Of a stretch of DNA of 52,366 bases, positions 42,218-50,158 are shown in pieces. The notes under the pieces are model-generated. The model worked only from the letters and a program-made list of their open reading frames with translations. It was not told where the DNA came from and did no database searches. The position numbers and the translations under genes were made by a program. Source of the stretch: a virus. The stretch is taken from IMG/VR virus record IMGVR_UViG_3300030000_000014; one strand, given 5' to 3'. The first letter of the stretch is position 1. Each line of letters starts with the position of its first letter.

Positions 42218-44032
42218 ATGAATGAAGATATAAAATTGATTTACGTTGATTTATTTTGTGGAGCAGGTGGAACTTCCACAGGAGTTGAAAGTGCAAAAGT
42301 AAGAAAAGAACAATGTGCCAAGGTAATCGCTTGTGTCAATCACGATAAAAATGCGATTGCTTCGCATGAAGAAAACCACCCTGATGCGCTTCACTTCACC
42401 GAGGATATAAGAACACTCGACCTATCAAAGCTTATTGCACATGTTCAGTTTATGCGCATTATGTACCCAAATGCAAAGCTTGTTCTTTGGGCTTCGTTAG
42501 AGTGCACAAACTTCAGTAAGGCAAAAGGTGGACAGTCGAGAGATGCAGACAGTAGAACGCTTGCAGAACATTTATTCAGGTACATAGAAGCTCTTAATCC
42601 TGATTACGTTCATATTGAGAACGTAGAAGAATTTATGAGTTGGGGTGAGTTGGATGATAATGGAAAACCAGTTAGTAGAAATAATGGAAAAGATTATATC
42701 CGATGGATGAAGCAAGTTTGCTCTTATGGATATGATTCAGATTTCAGAATTTTGAACTCAGCAGATTTTGGAGCATATACTTCACGCAAGCGATTGTTTA
42801 TTCAATTCGCAAAATACGGTTTACCTATCAACTGGCCTGAACCTACACATTGCAAAGGTGGATCGGTTGGAATGTTTGATTTCAAAAAATGGAAGCCAGT
42901 AAAAGAAGTACTCGACTTCACGGATGAAGGTGTGTCAATTTTCACACGAAAGAAAGATTTATCCGAAAAAACGCTAGAACGGATTCATGCGGGACTGATC
43001 AAGTTTGTTGCAGGTGGAAAAGACAAATGGATTTTGAAATACAATTCCACTAATGGGAAAACAGGGAAACATAATCCACCATCTGTAGATGATCCTTGTC
43101 CAGTAGTTAGTACACAAGGAAGATTGGGAATTGTAAAGTGTGATTTTCTATCAATATACAATTCAGGTAATCCGGATCATAGAAATACTTCAATAAATGA
43201 TCCTTGTGGAGTAGTTACAACGAATAACCGTTTTGCAAAAGTTCAATGTGATTTTTTATCAGCTTATTATGGAAATGGTGACAATGTTAGTTCTGTGAAT
43301 AATCCAAGTCCAACCGTAACGACAAAAGACAGATTAGCTTTAGTTTCTCCACGATTCATTGATCAACAATTTGGACAGTCAAAGCCTGCATCAATTGAAA
43401 AACCATGCGGTGCATTAACTGCAAATCCAAAGTACAACCTGGTAACATGTAATCGATTTATTGTAAATCAGTATTCAGGAGGTGGTCAACATTCAGACGT
43501 AAATAATCCGTGTCCTGCTGTTTTATCAACTCCAAAACAAAATCTAGTTACCTTGAAACCGTGGATAATGAATACCAACTTTAGCAATATTGGCAGCTCG
43601 ATTGATGAACCATCCAAAGTAATTACAGCTAATCGTAAATGGCATTACCTGATGAACCCGCAATTTGGTAACCAGGTTCGCTCGGTTGATGATCCATGTT
43701 TCACTTTGATTGCTAGAATGGACAAAATGCCCCCTTATTTCATAGTTGCAGAAGATGGTAAAATGCAAATTCGAATTGAGAAAGATGATTCTGAATTTAC
43801 CGTAAAAATCAAAGAATTCATGTCGATTTACGGAATAGTTGACATTAAAATGCGAATGCTGAAAATTCCTGAACTCAAAATGATAATGGGATTCCCAAAG
43901 GATTACAAGCTTATCGGAACGCAGGCAGAGCAAAAGAAATATATAGGTAATGCAGTAGAGGTAACGATGGCAAGAGTCCTTTGTGAAGCAGTAGCAATTA
44001 AATTACATCAACAAACAAAAATAGCAGTATGA
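42218..44032 (+). CDS. DNA (cytosine-5)-methyltransferase with an expanded, internally repeated variable region
   Basis: Motif I DLFCGAGGTS. Motif IV variant SLECTNFS. Motif VI HIENV. Motif VIII TSRKRLF. Motif X GNAV. About 7 repeats of S(V/I)(D/N)xP(C/S)xx(V/L)(T/S)T lie between VIII and IX. Confidence 0.8.
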   Translation: MNEDIKLIYVDLFCGAGGTSTGVESAKVRKEQCAKVIACVNHDKNAIASHEENHPDALHFTEDIRTLDLSKLIAHVQFMRIMYPNAKLVLWASLECTNFSKAKGGQSRDADSRTLAEHLFRYIEALNPDYVHIENVEEFMSWGELDDNGKPVSRNNGKDYIRWMKQVCSYGYDSDFRILNSADFGAYTSRKRLFIQFAKYGLPINWPEPTHCKGGSVGMFDFKKWKPVKEVLDFTDEGVSIFTRKKDLSEKTLERIHAGLIKFVAGGKDKWILKYNSTNGKTGKHNPPSVDDPCPVVSTQGRLGIVKCDFLSIYNSGNPDHRNTSINDPCGVVTTNNRFAKVQCDFLSAYYGNGDNVSSVNNPSPTVTTKDRLALVSPRFIDQQFGQSKPASIEKPCGALTANPKYNLVTCNRFIVNQYSGGGQHSDVNNPCPAVLSTPKQNLVTLKPWIMNTNFSNIGSSIDEPSKVITANRKWHYLMNPQFGNQVRSVDDPCFTLIARMDKMPPYFIVAEDGKMQIRIEKDDSEFTVKIKEFMSIYGIVDIKMRMLKIPELKMIMGFPKDYKLIGTQAEQKKYIGNAVEVTMARVLCEAVAIKLHQQTKIAV

Positions 44033-44223
44033 AAGCAAAACAGAAACTTGAAGATTACCGTGTTACGGTACAACTACAAATTGTAGAAATTGAGGTAAAA
44101 GCTACATCAAAGACAGACGCAAAGAAAAAGGCACTTAGTCGCCTTTCAAGAAAAAACCCAGTTAAATTAATCCATACAGGATATCCATCAAACAGAAAAG
44201 AAATTTATATTGATAAATTATGA
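44029..44223 (+). CDS. Hypothetical small basic protein
   Basis: ORF track. Start overlaps the MTase stop. Confidence 0.45.
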   Translation: MKAKQKLEDYRVTVQLQIVEIEVKATSKTDAKKKALSRLSRKNPVKLIHTGYPSNRKEIYIDKL

Positions 44224-44444
44224 ACAATCCAAACAGAAAAGACCTGAGACGGTTGAAGTCAATTCAAGTAATGACAGCAAATTTGCAGTCTGCTTATTCC
44301 GGACTGTCGGAAGAAACTCAAACATTCCTACTCGAAGAGTTTGAAGGAGAAACGCAACTTAATCTTTGTAGATTTGAAGATAATGTTGCAGAGACTATCA
44401 GAGAATTGAAAAAGCCAGTTGAAAAAGTAAAAAAGGAGAAATAA
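44220..44444 (+). CDS. Hypothetical small protein
   Basis: ORF track. Confidence 0.45.
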   Translation: MNNPNRKDLRRLKSIQVMTANLQSAYSGLSEETQTFLLEEFEGETQLNLCRFEDNVAETIRELKKPVEKVKKEK

Positions 44445-44448
44445 AAGT

Positions 44449-44836
44449 ATGGAAAATCAAGAATTTAAACCAACAATCAAGCAGCTTGATAATATGGCAC
44501 ATGCATTAGGAATTACGTTATATGATGCATTGGTTAACCCAAGAAAGGAATACAAATCACTACCTAGTTCGTTTTATAGAAACTACTTTCAAGTAGCTGA
44601 TGACGAAAAATGGAATGTATTGTGCGATAATGGATATGCATGCAGTTGCATTGGATGGTCAAGGGTATTGTTACGGTGATAGAGTTAGAATACTAAGCAT
44701 GGTCGGTAATGACGTTGAGTGTATAACTGAATTCTACAAGTACAGTGAAAATGATACTCGTATGGATTGGAAAGAAGGGCGAAAATATCATTGTAAAGTT
44801 TCGGACTTATGGCCGGACGTTTATCATCAGGATTAA
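44449..44836 (+). CDS. Hypothetical protein apparently split over two frames (44449-44679, 44600-44836)
   Basis: Two overlapping ORFs offset by +1. The second has no convincing independent start context. Confidence 0.35.
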
Positions 44837-44870
44837 ATGAATTTTATATCTTTGTAAAAAATTAAATTAT

Positions 44871-45266
44871 ATGATACCAACAGAATTATTCCCAAAATAC
44901 TGGATTTCATTATGTTCAGATTACCCTTACAATAGTGCTGATATTGGAATATTGATTGAGATTCTATACAAATTAAAAAACAAAATAGTTCCAAAAGAGG
45001 ATGAGTGTAGGCAAACTATTGAGCATGCAAAGTCTCATAATTTAAGCTTAATAGATTCAGCATATACATTATTCACTACCCCAACAAGTAAAATAATAAA
45101 CTTAAATTTGCGTACTCCAAATGAGCAGGCAAAAGAGTTAATTGATAAGCTCGGAAAAGATGGAGCATTGCGACAATGTTTTGGAGAATGGAATAATACA
45201 GACACTTTGGAAGAAGAGAAATTTTGGAATGAGGTTGAAGAAATTATACGCTCTGAAATGCGTTAA
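44871..45266 (+). CDS. Hypothetical protein
   Basis: ORF track. Confidence 0.5.
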   Translation: MIPTELFPKYWISLCSDYPYNSADIGILIEILYKLKNKIVPKEDECRQTIEHAKSHNLSLIDSAYTLFTTPTSKIINLNLRTPNEQAKELIDKLGKDGALRQCFGEWNNTDTLEEEKFWNEVEEIIRSEMR

Positions 45267-45296
45267 AATAGCTAGGATTTCAACAGATGGACATTT

Positions 45297-45526
45297 GGTG
45301 GACAAAAACACACCATTAAAAAAAGCTAATCGCTCGTTATGAGCCGATTAGCTTTTTGTTTTGTGACCCAGGAGGGGACTGATGGTTGAAATAGCATGAT
45401 TTTGGATAGTATTTCAAAATGTTCAAGAACCTCTGATTCACTGTGCAAAGATAATAAAAATGTTTAAATAGGTTCATGTTGGTTCAAGTTAATTTACATC
45501 AGGTGGACAATTCGTGGACAAAAACA
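45297..45526 (+). repeat. Candidate attP arm-type sites
   Basis: GGTGGACAAAAACA (45297-45310), GGTGGACAA (45502-45510), CGTGGACAAAAACA (45513-45526). Also tandem GGTTCAWGTT x2 (45471-45490) and TGTTCAAGAA (45420-45429). Confidence 0.5.
45320..45362 (+). terminator. Intrinsic terminator
   Basis: AGCTAATCG-12 nt-CGATTAGCT, with an A-run before and a TTTTTGTTTTG tract after. Confidence 0.65.
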
Positions 45527-45554
45527 TTATCTTTGCATTAATAAACAAAGTAGC

Positions 45555-46877
45555 ATGGCAACAATAACATTAAGTCTATCAAAGAAATGTAATGAAATTG
45601 GAAAATCTGAAATAATGTTGAGATTTTCCATCAGTAAAGTTCAAAGATACAGAATAAAATCAAATTTATTCGTGTCGGCCAGTCGTTGGTCAAAGAAGAA
45701 TGAAATATCTATTCCTAAGATTGAAACAGAAGAACGCCAACAGCTCGTTTCATTAGCTTCTAGGTTCGATAATTTGAAAGTACATATATTCAAATGTTTT
45801 GAAAATTCAGACAAATCACAAGTTACTAAAGAATGGTTATTTGAATGTGTTGATAGATTTCATTTCCCTGAAAAATATATTGAAGTGATCCATGAGCCAA
45901 CGTTCTTTGATGTCGTGGACGAATTTCTATCAAAACGTAAATTATCTGCCGGAAGACTTCGTTCGATAAATGTTGTATTCCGATCATTGAAGCGTTACCA
46001 ATTGTATAAGCAAAAAACGAATGAATTGTTCATTTTAGATTTGAAAAATATAGATGAAAATATACTTGCTGACATTGAAAAATTTTTCAAGGATGAACCG
46101 ACTGTTTTTGCCAAGTACCCGGACATTTACAAAATTGTAAAAGAGTCAAGAAATCCTGAGCCAAGAGGACAGAACACGGTGAATGATATGTTGGTTAAGC
46201 TAAGAACGTTTTTTATTTGGTGCACCGATAATGAGAAGATTGATTCAAATCCGTTTAAGAAGTTCCCAGTATCAGAGTGTATTTATGGAACTCCGTACTA
46301 TATTAAGATAAGCGAAAGAAATCAGCTTTATGCAAAGAACATGAAAAAGTTACCATCGCTAGCGGTACAAAGAGATATTTTTGTGTTGCAGTGTCTTATT
46401 GGTTGCCGTGTTGGTGATTATTACAAAATGAAGATGTCAAACATAATGGATGGTGCCATTGAGTATATTGCCGGAAAAACAAAAGATGGTAATCCGATTA
46501 CTGTACGTGTTCCTCTCAATTCCATTGCGCTTGAAATTATCGAGCGTTATAAGGATGCTAATAGAGAATCACTAATGCCATTTATCAGCGAACAGAAATA
46601 CAATGAAGCTATCAAAGAAATGTTCACGTTTGCAAAACTGAATAGAATGGTAACGGTTCTTAATCCTACCACAAGGGAAGAGGAAAAAAAACCGTTAGAT
46701 AAAATAGCATCCTCGCACCTGGCACGAAGATCATTTATAGGAAATTTGTACAAGCAAGTCAAGGACCCAAATTTAGTAGGATCATTATCCGGCCATAAAG
46801 AAGGAAGCAAAGCATTTGCCCGTTACCGAGACATTGACGAAGAAATCAAGACTGACTTGGTGAATCTACTTCTGTAG
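45555..46877 (+). CDS. int: Tyrosine site-specific integrase (Bacteroidota phage/CTn type)
   Basis: LIGCRVGD (Arg), SHLARRSF (HxxR), LSGHKE (His), FARY (Tyr). N-terminal arm-binding and SAM-like domains. A TATCTTTG -7 box lies at 45528-45535. Confidence 0.85.
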   Translation: MATITLSLSKKCNEIGKSEIMLRFSISKVQRYRIKSNLFVSASRWSKKNEISIPKIETEERQQLVSLASRFDNLKVHIFKCFENSDKSQVTKEWLFECVDRFHFPEKYIEVIHEPTFFDVVDEFLSKRKLSAGRLRSINVVFRSLKRYQLYKQKTNELFILDLKNIDENILADIEKFFKDEPTVFAKYPDIYKIVKESRNPEPRGQNTVNDMLVKLRTFFIWCTDNEKIDSNPFKKFPVSECIYGTPYYIKISERNQLYAKNMKKLPSLAVQRDIFVLQCLIGCRVGDYYKMKMSNIMDGAIEYIAGKTKDGNPITVRVPLNSIALEIIERYKDANRESLMPFISEQKYNEAIKEMFTFAKLNRMVTVLNPTTREEEKKPLDKIASSHLARRSFIGNLYKQVKDPNLVGSLSGHKEGSKAFARYRDIDEEIKTDLVNLLL

Positions 46878-47187
46878 TTTCTTTTCTGTTGTAGCCAACG
46901 TTTTTGTGAACTACTTTTTGAAACTTTGGATTTTCAACACCGAACATCCAACCCTTTCCAGTCATTAGCCACTCTGCAGAAACGCCAAAGTCTGCTATAA
47001 GATGGGAAGCCCAAATAAGTTGGAACATGTCTGATTTTGGGTCTTTGCGAACGTTGTTCAATGTCCAACGATTAATGTCGTACTTGTCAGTGAAAGATTT
47101 TACACCTCTCAATTGTCTGTTTGAAATTAGTACATCCAATGCTTCATAGAAGCGATTAATGATTTTGACACTTTCAGGATTATTCAT
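46846..47187 (-). CDS. Phage_CI_repr-like HTH protein
   Basis: Start at internal Met (MNNPESVKIINRFYEAL...). FGVSAEWLMTGKG matches the GVSxxWLxTGxG end of the CI-repressor HTH family. The 3' end overlaps int by 32 nt. Confidence 0.5.
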   Translation of the reverse strand: MNNPESVKIINRFYEALDVLISNRQLRGVKSFTDKYDINRWTLNNVRKDPKSDMFQLIWASHLIADFGVSAEWLMTGKGWMFGVENPKFQKVVHKNVGYNRKETTEVDSPSQS

Positions 47188-47386
47188 GGCTAACTGCTGT
47201 TTGAAGTAAATATAATTCCTCAATGTATTCTCCAAGGTTCATATCCTCTTTGCCATCTTTTACAAATGACTTGTCAAGTTCAATTTTTGCTGCTTGAATT
47301 TCTGTAGCAAATTGTCCTGCAGTAATATTGTTGGCTACTGCTTGTTTGTAAAGTAATAACAGTTTTTCTAGTTGTTCTGTTTTCAT
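47180..47386 (-). CDS. Hypothetical small protein
   Basis: ORF track. Lies in the lysogeny operon. Confidence 0.45.
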   Translation of the reverse strand: MKTEQLEKLLLLYKQAVANNITAGQFATEIQAAKIELDKSFVKDGKEDMNLGEYIEELYLLQTAVSHE

Positions 47387-47397
47387 ATTCGTTGTTG

Positions 47398-47934
47398 TTA
47401 ACTGTATATTATATATGAAAGTATTGATCCGACTGCAATAAATATCACCAATATGCCGGCACAGCCTGATTTTTTCGCTGATATTATATTGTGCTTTGCT
47501 TTGATAAATTCGACTTTTGATTTAGCTGTTTGTAAATCAACGTTCTTTTTATCGCGATATAATTTGATTGCATCAATAATATCACCTTTTTGAATGATTG
47601 GAATGAGAAGTTCTTCAATATCTTCGTCAGCCGAACTTATAGTAAGAGCTTCACCTGCTTTGAACTTGTTCCCACACTTAAGACATGTTATTGATACATC
47701 TTTGCTGCCGATTGTTCCGGCTAACACTCCTACTCCACCTGTAAGCAATGCTCCTGCCAGTGCCTTACTTCCGCTAAATCCTTTTTGTTCTGAGTGAAGT
47801 TCTTTTGAATAGCATTTTGGACAGCATAAGTATTCCTCTTGAATTTTTGTAGCTATTGGGTTACCGCAGTGAGGACATGATACAGCTTTGTCGCTTACCT
47901 CTTTCCCGCATTCTGTGCAATTAATTAATGCCAT
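47398..47934 (-). CDS. Membrane-anchored double zinc-ribbon protein with an L7/L12-CTD-like segment
   Basis: CTECGK...CPHCG. CCPKC...Gly-zipper (ALAGALLTGGVGVLAGTIG)...CLKCG. DIIDAIKLYRDKKNVDLQTAKSKVEFI. C-terminal TM GILVIFIAVGSILSYIIY. Confidence 0.55.
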   Translation of the reverse strand: MALINCTECGKEVSDKAVSCPHCGNPIATKIQEEYLCCPKCYSKELHSEQKGFSGSKALAGALLTGGVGVLAGTIGSKDVSITCLKCGNKFKAGEALTISSADEDIEELLIPIIQKGDIIDAIKLYRDKKNVDLQTAKSKVEFIKAKHNIISAKKSGCAGILVIFIAVGSILSYIIYS

Positions 47935-47935
47935 G

Positions 47936-48280
47936 TTATTTGTTTAATGAGTTTTCTATGAGTGTAATAAGTCTGTCAATTTGCTGATCCTTTCGTTCCA
48001 GGCTATCGGCTTGTTTTTTCATTATCTCAAAAGCAATTTGAAGTTCATTTTTATGACCACCATAATGTGGGTGTTCATCAGATACAATTCCACTTTCTGT
48101 GTAATATCTCATTATGTTCTCTTTTCCGTATTTGTCAATTAAAATATTTAATTGCTCTTCGGTCAGGTCTTTTCCGTCATTTTCAATCGCAGATATATTC
48201 GGCTGTTTACAACCTAACAGTATCGCTGCATCTTTTTGTGTTATACGATGCTCTTTTCGCAAACTTTGTAAATCAAACAT
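47936..48280 (-). CDS. XRE-family HTH repressor (cI-like, no S24 peptidase domain)
   Basis: LRKEHRITQKDAAILLGCKQPNISAIENDGKDLT. Divergent from the early genes. Confidence 0.8.
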   Translation of the reverse strand: MFDLQSLRKEHRITQKDAAILLGCKQPNISAIENDGKDLTEEQLNILIDKYGKENIMRYYTESGIVSDEHPHYGGHKNELQIAFEIMKKQADSLERKDQQIDRLITLIENSLNK

Positions 48281-48340
48281 GTATCTATTTTTAATTAAAA
48301 TAAATATGTATATATGTGAATAAACATTAATTATGCAACA

Positions 48341-48380
48341 ATATCATCAATATATCATTGATATATCAATTATATTCGAT
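48341..48380. promoter_or_regulatory. Operator cluster in the divergent lysis-lysogeny switch region
   Basis: ATATCA repeats at 48341, 48352 and 48363 (11-bp phasing). Perfect 12-bp palindrome TTGATATATCAA at 48358-48369. TCAAT-N5-ATTGA at 48347-48361. Confidence 0.55.
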
Positions 48381-48457
48381 ACTTTTACACTATAATATAA
48401 AACCACTAAACAAAAGTAGTAAAAAGTGGTATATCGACACACATAAATTAAAATTAT

Positions 48458-48697
48458 ATGGAAAATATGACATCCGAAAGTCAATCGAAAATCGATTTAA
48501 AGACTTTTTACAAGAATCTGCCAAGGGCAGTAGCTCCAAAAACTGATTTTGTTGAACGTGTTGCACTTCAGTGTAATGTAAATGAGCAAACAGTTAGAAC
48601 ATGGGTTGCAGGGACTAATAAACCAAGCGATCCTGCATATATCGAAATATTGGTAAAAGAAACCGGCATTGCTGCCGAAAATCTATTTGAAAAATGA
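48458..48697 (+). CDS. Cro-like / early regulator candidate
   Basis: 79 aa. First rightward gene, with an HTH-like segment (CNVNEQTVRTWVAG). Confidence 0.45.
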   Translation: MENMTSESQSKIDLKTFYKNLPRAVAPKTDFVERVALQCNVNEQTVRTWVAGTNKPSDPAYIEILVKETGIAAENLFEK

Positions 48698-49245
48698 CAG
48701 AGTTTAGCACTGATCCAATGACTGGCGAAGGGATGTACAGAAGAGTTGGTGAATCTGTAGTTAATCAGTTTACCTTAAAAGACACTGACATTGCAGCCGA
48801 ATTGCTCGAAAGAAGTGAAACGTTTTATCCTGAACAAGCAGAAGCTTTAAAAAAGGAGTATGCAAAAAGTTCTGCCAATAAACCGTATTACGATTTTTTG
48901 AGAGCCCGGAGAATAATAAACTGTTGCTTTGGAGAAAATGACCGTCAACCCGATGTTGACCAGTTTGGAAATTACAATTTCGAAATGGTAAAATGTCCAT
49001 TGATAGCAGAATGTAAGTATTTCAAAATTATTTGTCAGCCGAAATTTGATAGTACGCTATCAGCAAGAGAGTTGGAAGTAATGAAAAAGTACTATGAAAA
49101 CTGTAAAACTGAAACGATAGCAGAGGACTTGTTTCTTTCTATCCACACAGTAAAGAACCACCGAAGAAATGCACTTCAAAAGCTTGGATTGCATTCACTT
49201 ATTGAATTTAAAGATTACGCACATAACAACAAACTTTTCAAGTAA
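48694..49245 (+). CDS. LuxR/GerE-type HTH transcriptional regulator
   Basis: C-terminal LSARELEVMKKYYENCKTETIAEDLFLSIHTVKNHRRNALQKLGLHS. Cys-containing N-terminal domain. Confidence 0.6.
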   Translation: MTEFSTDPMTGEGMYRRVGESVVNQFTLKDTDIAAELLERSETFYPEQAEALKKEYAKSSANKPYYDFLRARRIINCCFGENDRQPDVDQFGNYNFEMVKCPLIAECKYFKIICQPKFDSTLSARELEVMKKYYENCKTETIAEDLFLSIHTVKNHRRNALQKLGLHSLIEFKDYAHNNKLFK

Positions 49246-49520
49246 TGGAAAACGTAGCAGAACCAATTGTAGAAGTATCAAAAGTGTTCAATCTAAGTAT
49301 GGAACACGACACAGCAAATCACACGTGGACACAGAAAATTGACCCTTTCACTGTATTTGTTGATTTAAAAAATAAAGTGATTAAAACGTTCAAAAATGGT
49401 AAAGAGATAGAATTACTTAGTTTCAAGGATCATTCGTTTAGCCTTTTGGATTACGAAAATCTACTGATGACAGTAGAGCAAAATGCAAATGAATTAAAGC
49501 AGTTTAGCAATGAATCTTGA
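49245..49520 (+). CDS. Hypothetical protein
   Basis: ORF track. Confidence 0.45.
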   Translation: MENVAEPIVEVSKVFNLSMEHDTANHTWTQKIDPFTVFVDLKNKVIKTFKNGKEIELLSFKDHSFSLLDYENLLMTVEQNANELKQFSNES

Positions 49521-49764
49521 CCCGAACACACCAGTATGGCAGTTGACAGTAGGGCAGTTCACAGAACTAATGACTTCTCTACAACCAAAGCCAGTAGAGC
49601 TTGTTCCTGAGGAAGTAATTCTAAACACAAAGGAAGCAGCAGCCTATTTGAAAGTTAGCATCAGCACACTGAACCGTTGGAATAAAGATTACTTGAAAAG
49701 TGATAAAAAAGGCGGTATTCGAAGATACCGAAAAAGTGAATTGGACAAAATTTTAAACAAATAA
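49510..49764 (+). CDS. xis: Excisionase-family (MerR-like HTH_17) DNA-binding protein
   Basis: LNTKEAAAYLKVSISTLNRWNKD...IRRYRKSELDKIL. Confidence 0.6.
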   Translation: MNLDPNTPVWQLTVGQFTELMTSLQPKPVELVPEEVILNTKEAAAYLKVSISTLNRWNKDYLKSDKKGGIRRYRKSELDKILNK

Positions 49765-49767
49765 AAC

Positions 49768-50148
49768 ATGAAAACAAAAGATATTGAAGAAATTATAAGT
49801 TTATGTGAACCATTAGCTTTGATAATGTCTGAATTAAGTAAGTCAGATGAAAATTCGCTAACACAAATCGCTAAAAGTGCAATCAAAATAAAACCCGTAT
49901 TGGAAGATTTTGTAAATGTAAATCAAGGAATATCTCAAAAAAAATATCTAAAATTAGAATCTAGCAAGCAAGATTTTTGCGATAATGTCGATGGGTTGGT
50001 TGACTCAATTGATGATTTACAGGAATTAATAGAAGATGAAGGTTTTGATGCATGTAATGACATTATGAATTTAGAGGACATTCGAACTTGGCTATTTAGA
50101 ATAATGGATTATAAAAATGTAAAAAACAAATCAGCCGAAAAGGCATAA
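49768..50148 (+). CDS. Hypothetical acidic protein
   Basis: ORF track. Confidence 0.45.
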   Translation: MKTKDIEEIISLCEPLALIMSELSKSDENSLTQIAKSAIKIKPVLEDFVNVNQGISQKKYLKLESSKQDFCDNVDGLVDSIDDLQELIEDEGFDACNDIMNLEDIRTWLFRIMDYKNVKNKSAEKA

Positions 50149-50158
50149 ATACAGCAGT

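Noticed and set aside
45142-45342. 66-aa + strand ORF downstream of 44871-45266.
   Set aside because: It overlaps the preceding gene in another frame and runs through the arm-type repeat into the left arm of the 45320-45362 terminator hairpin.
48067-48546. + strand ORFs 48067-48294, 48114-48323 and 48358-48546.
   Set aside because: The first two are antisense to the XRE repressor gene. The third starts inside the operator cluster. The ATG at 48458 gives the more plausible early gene.
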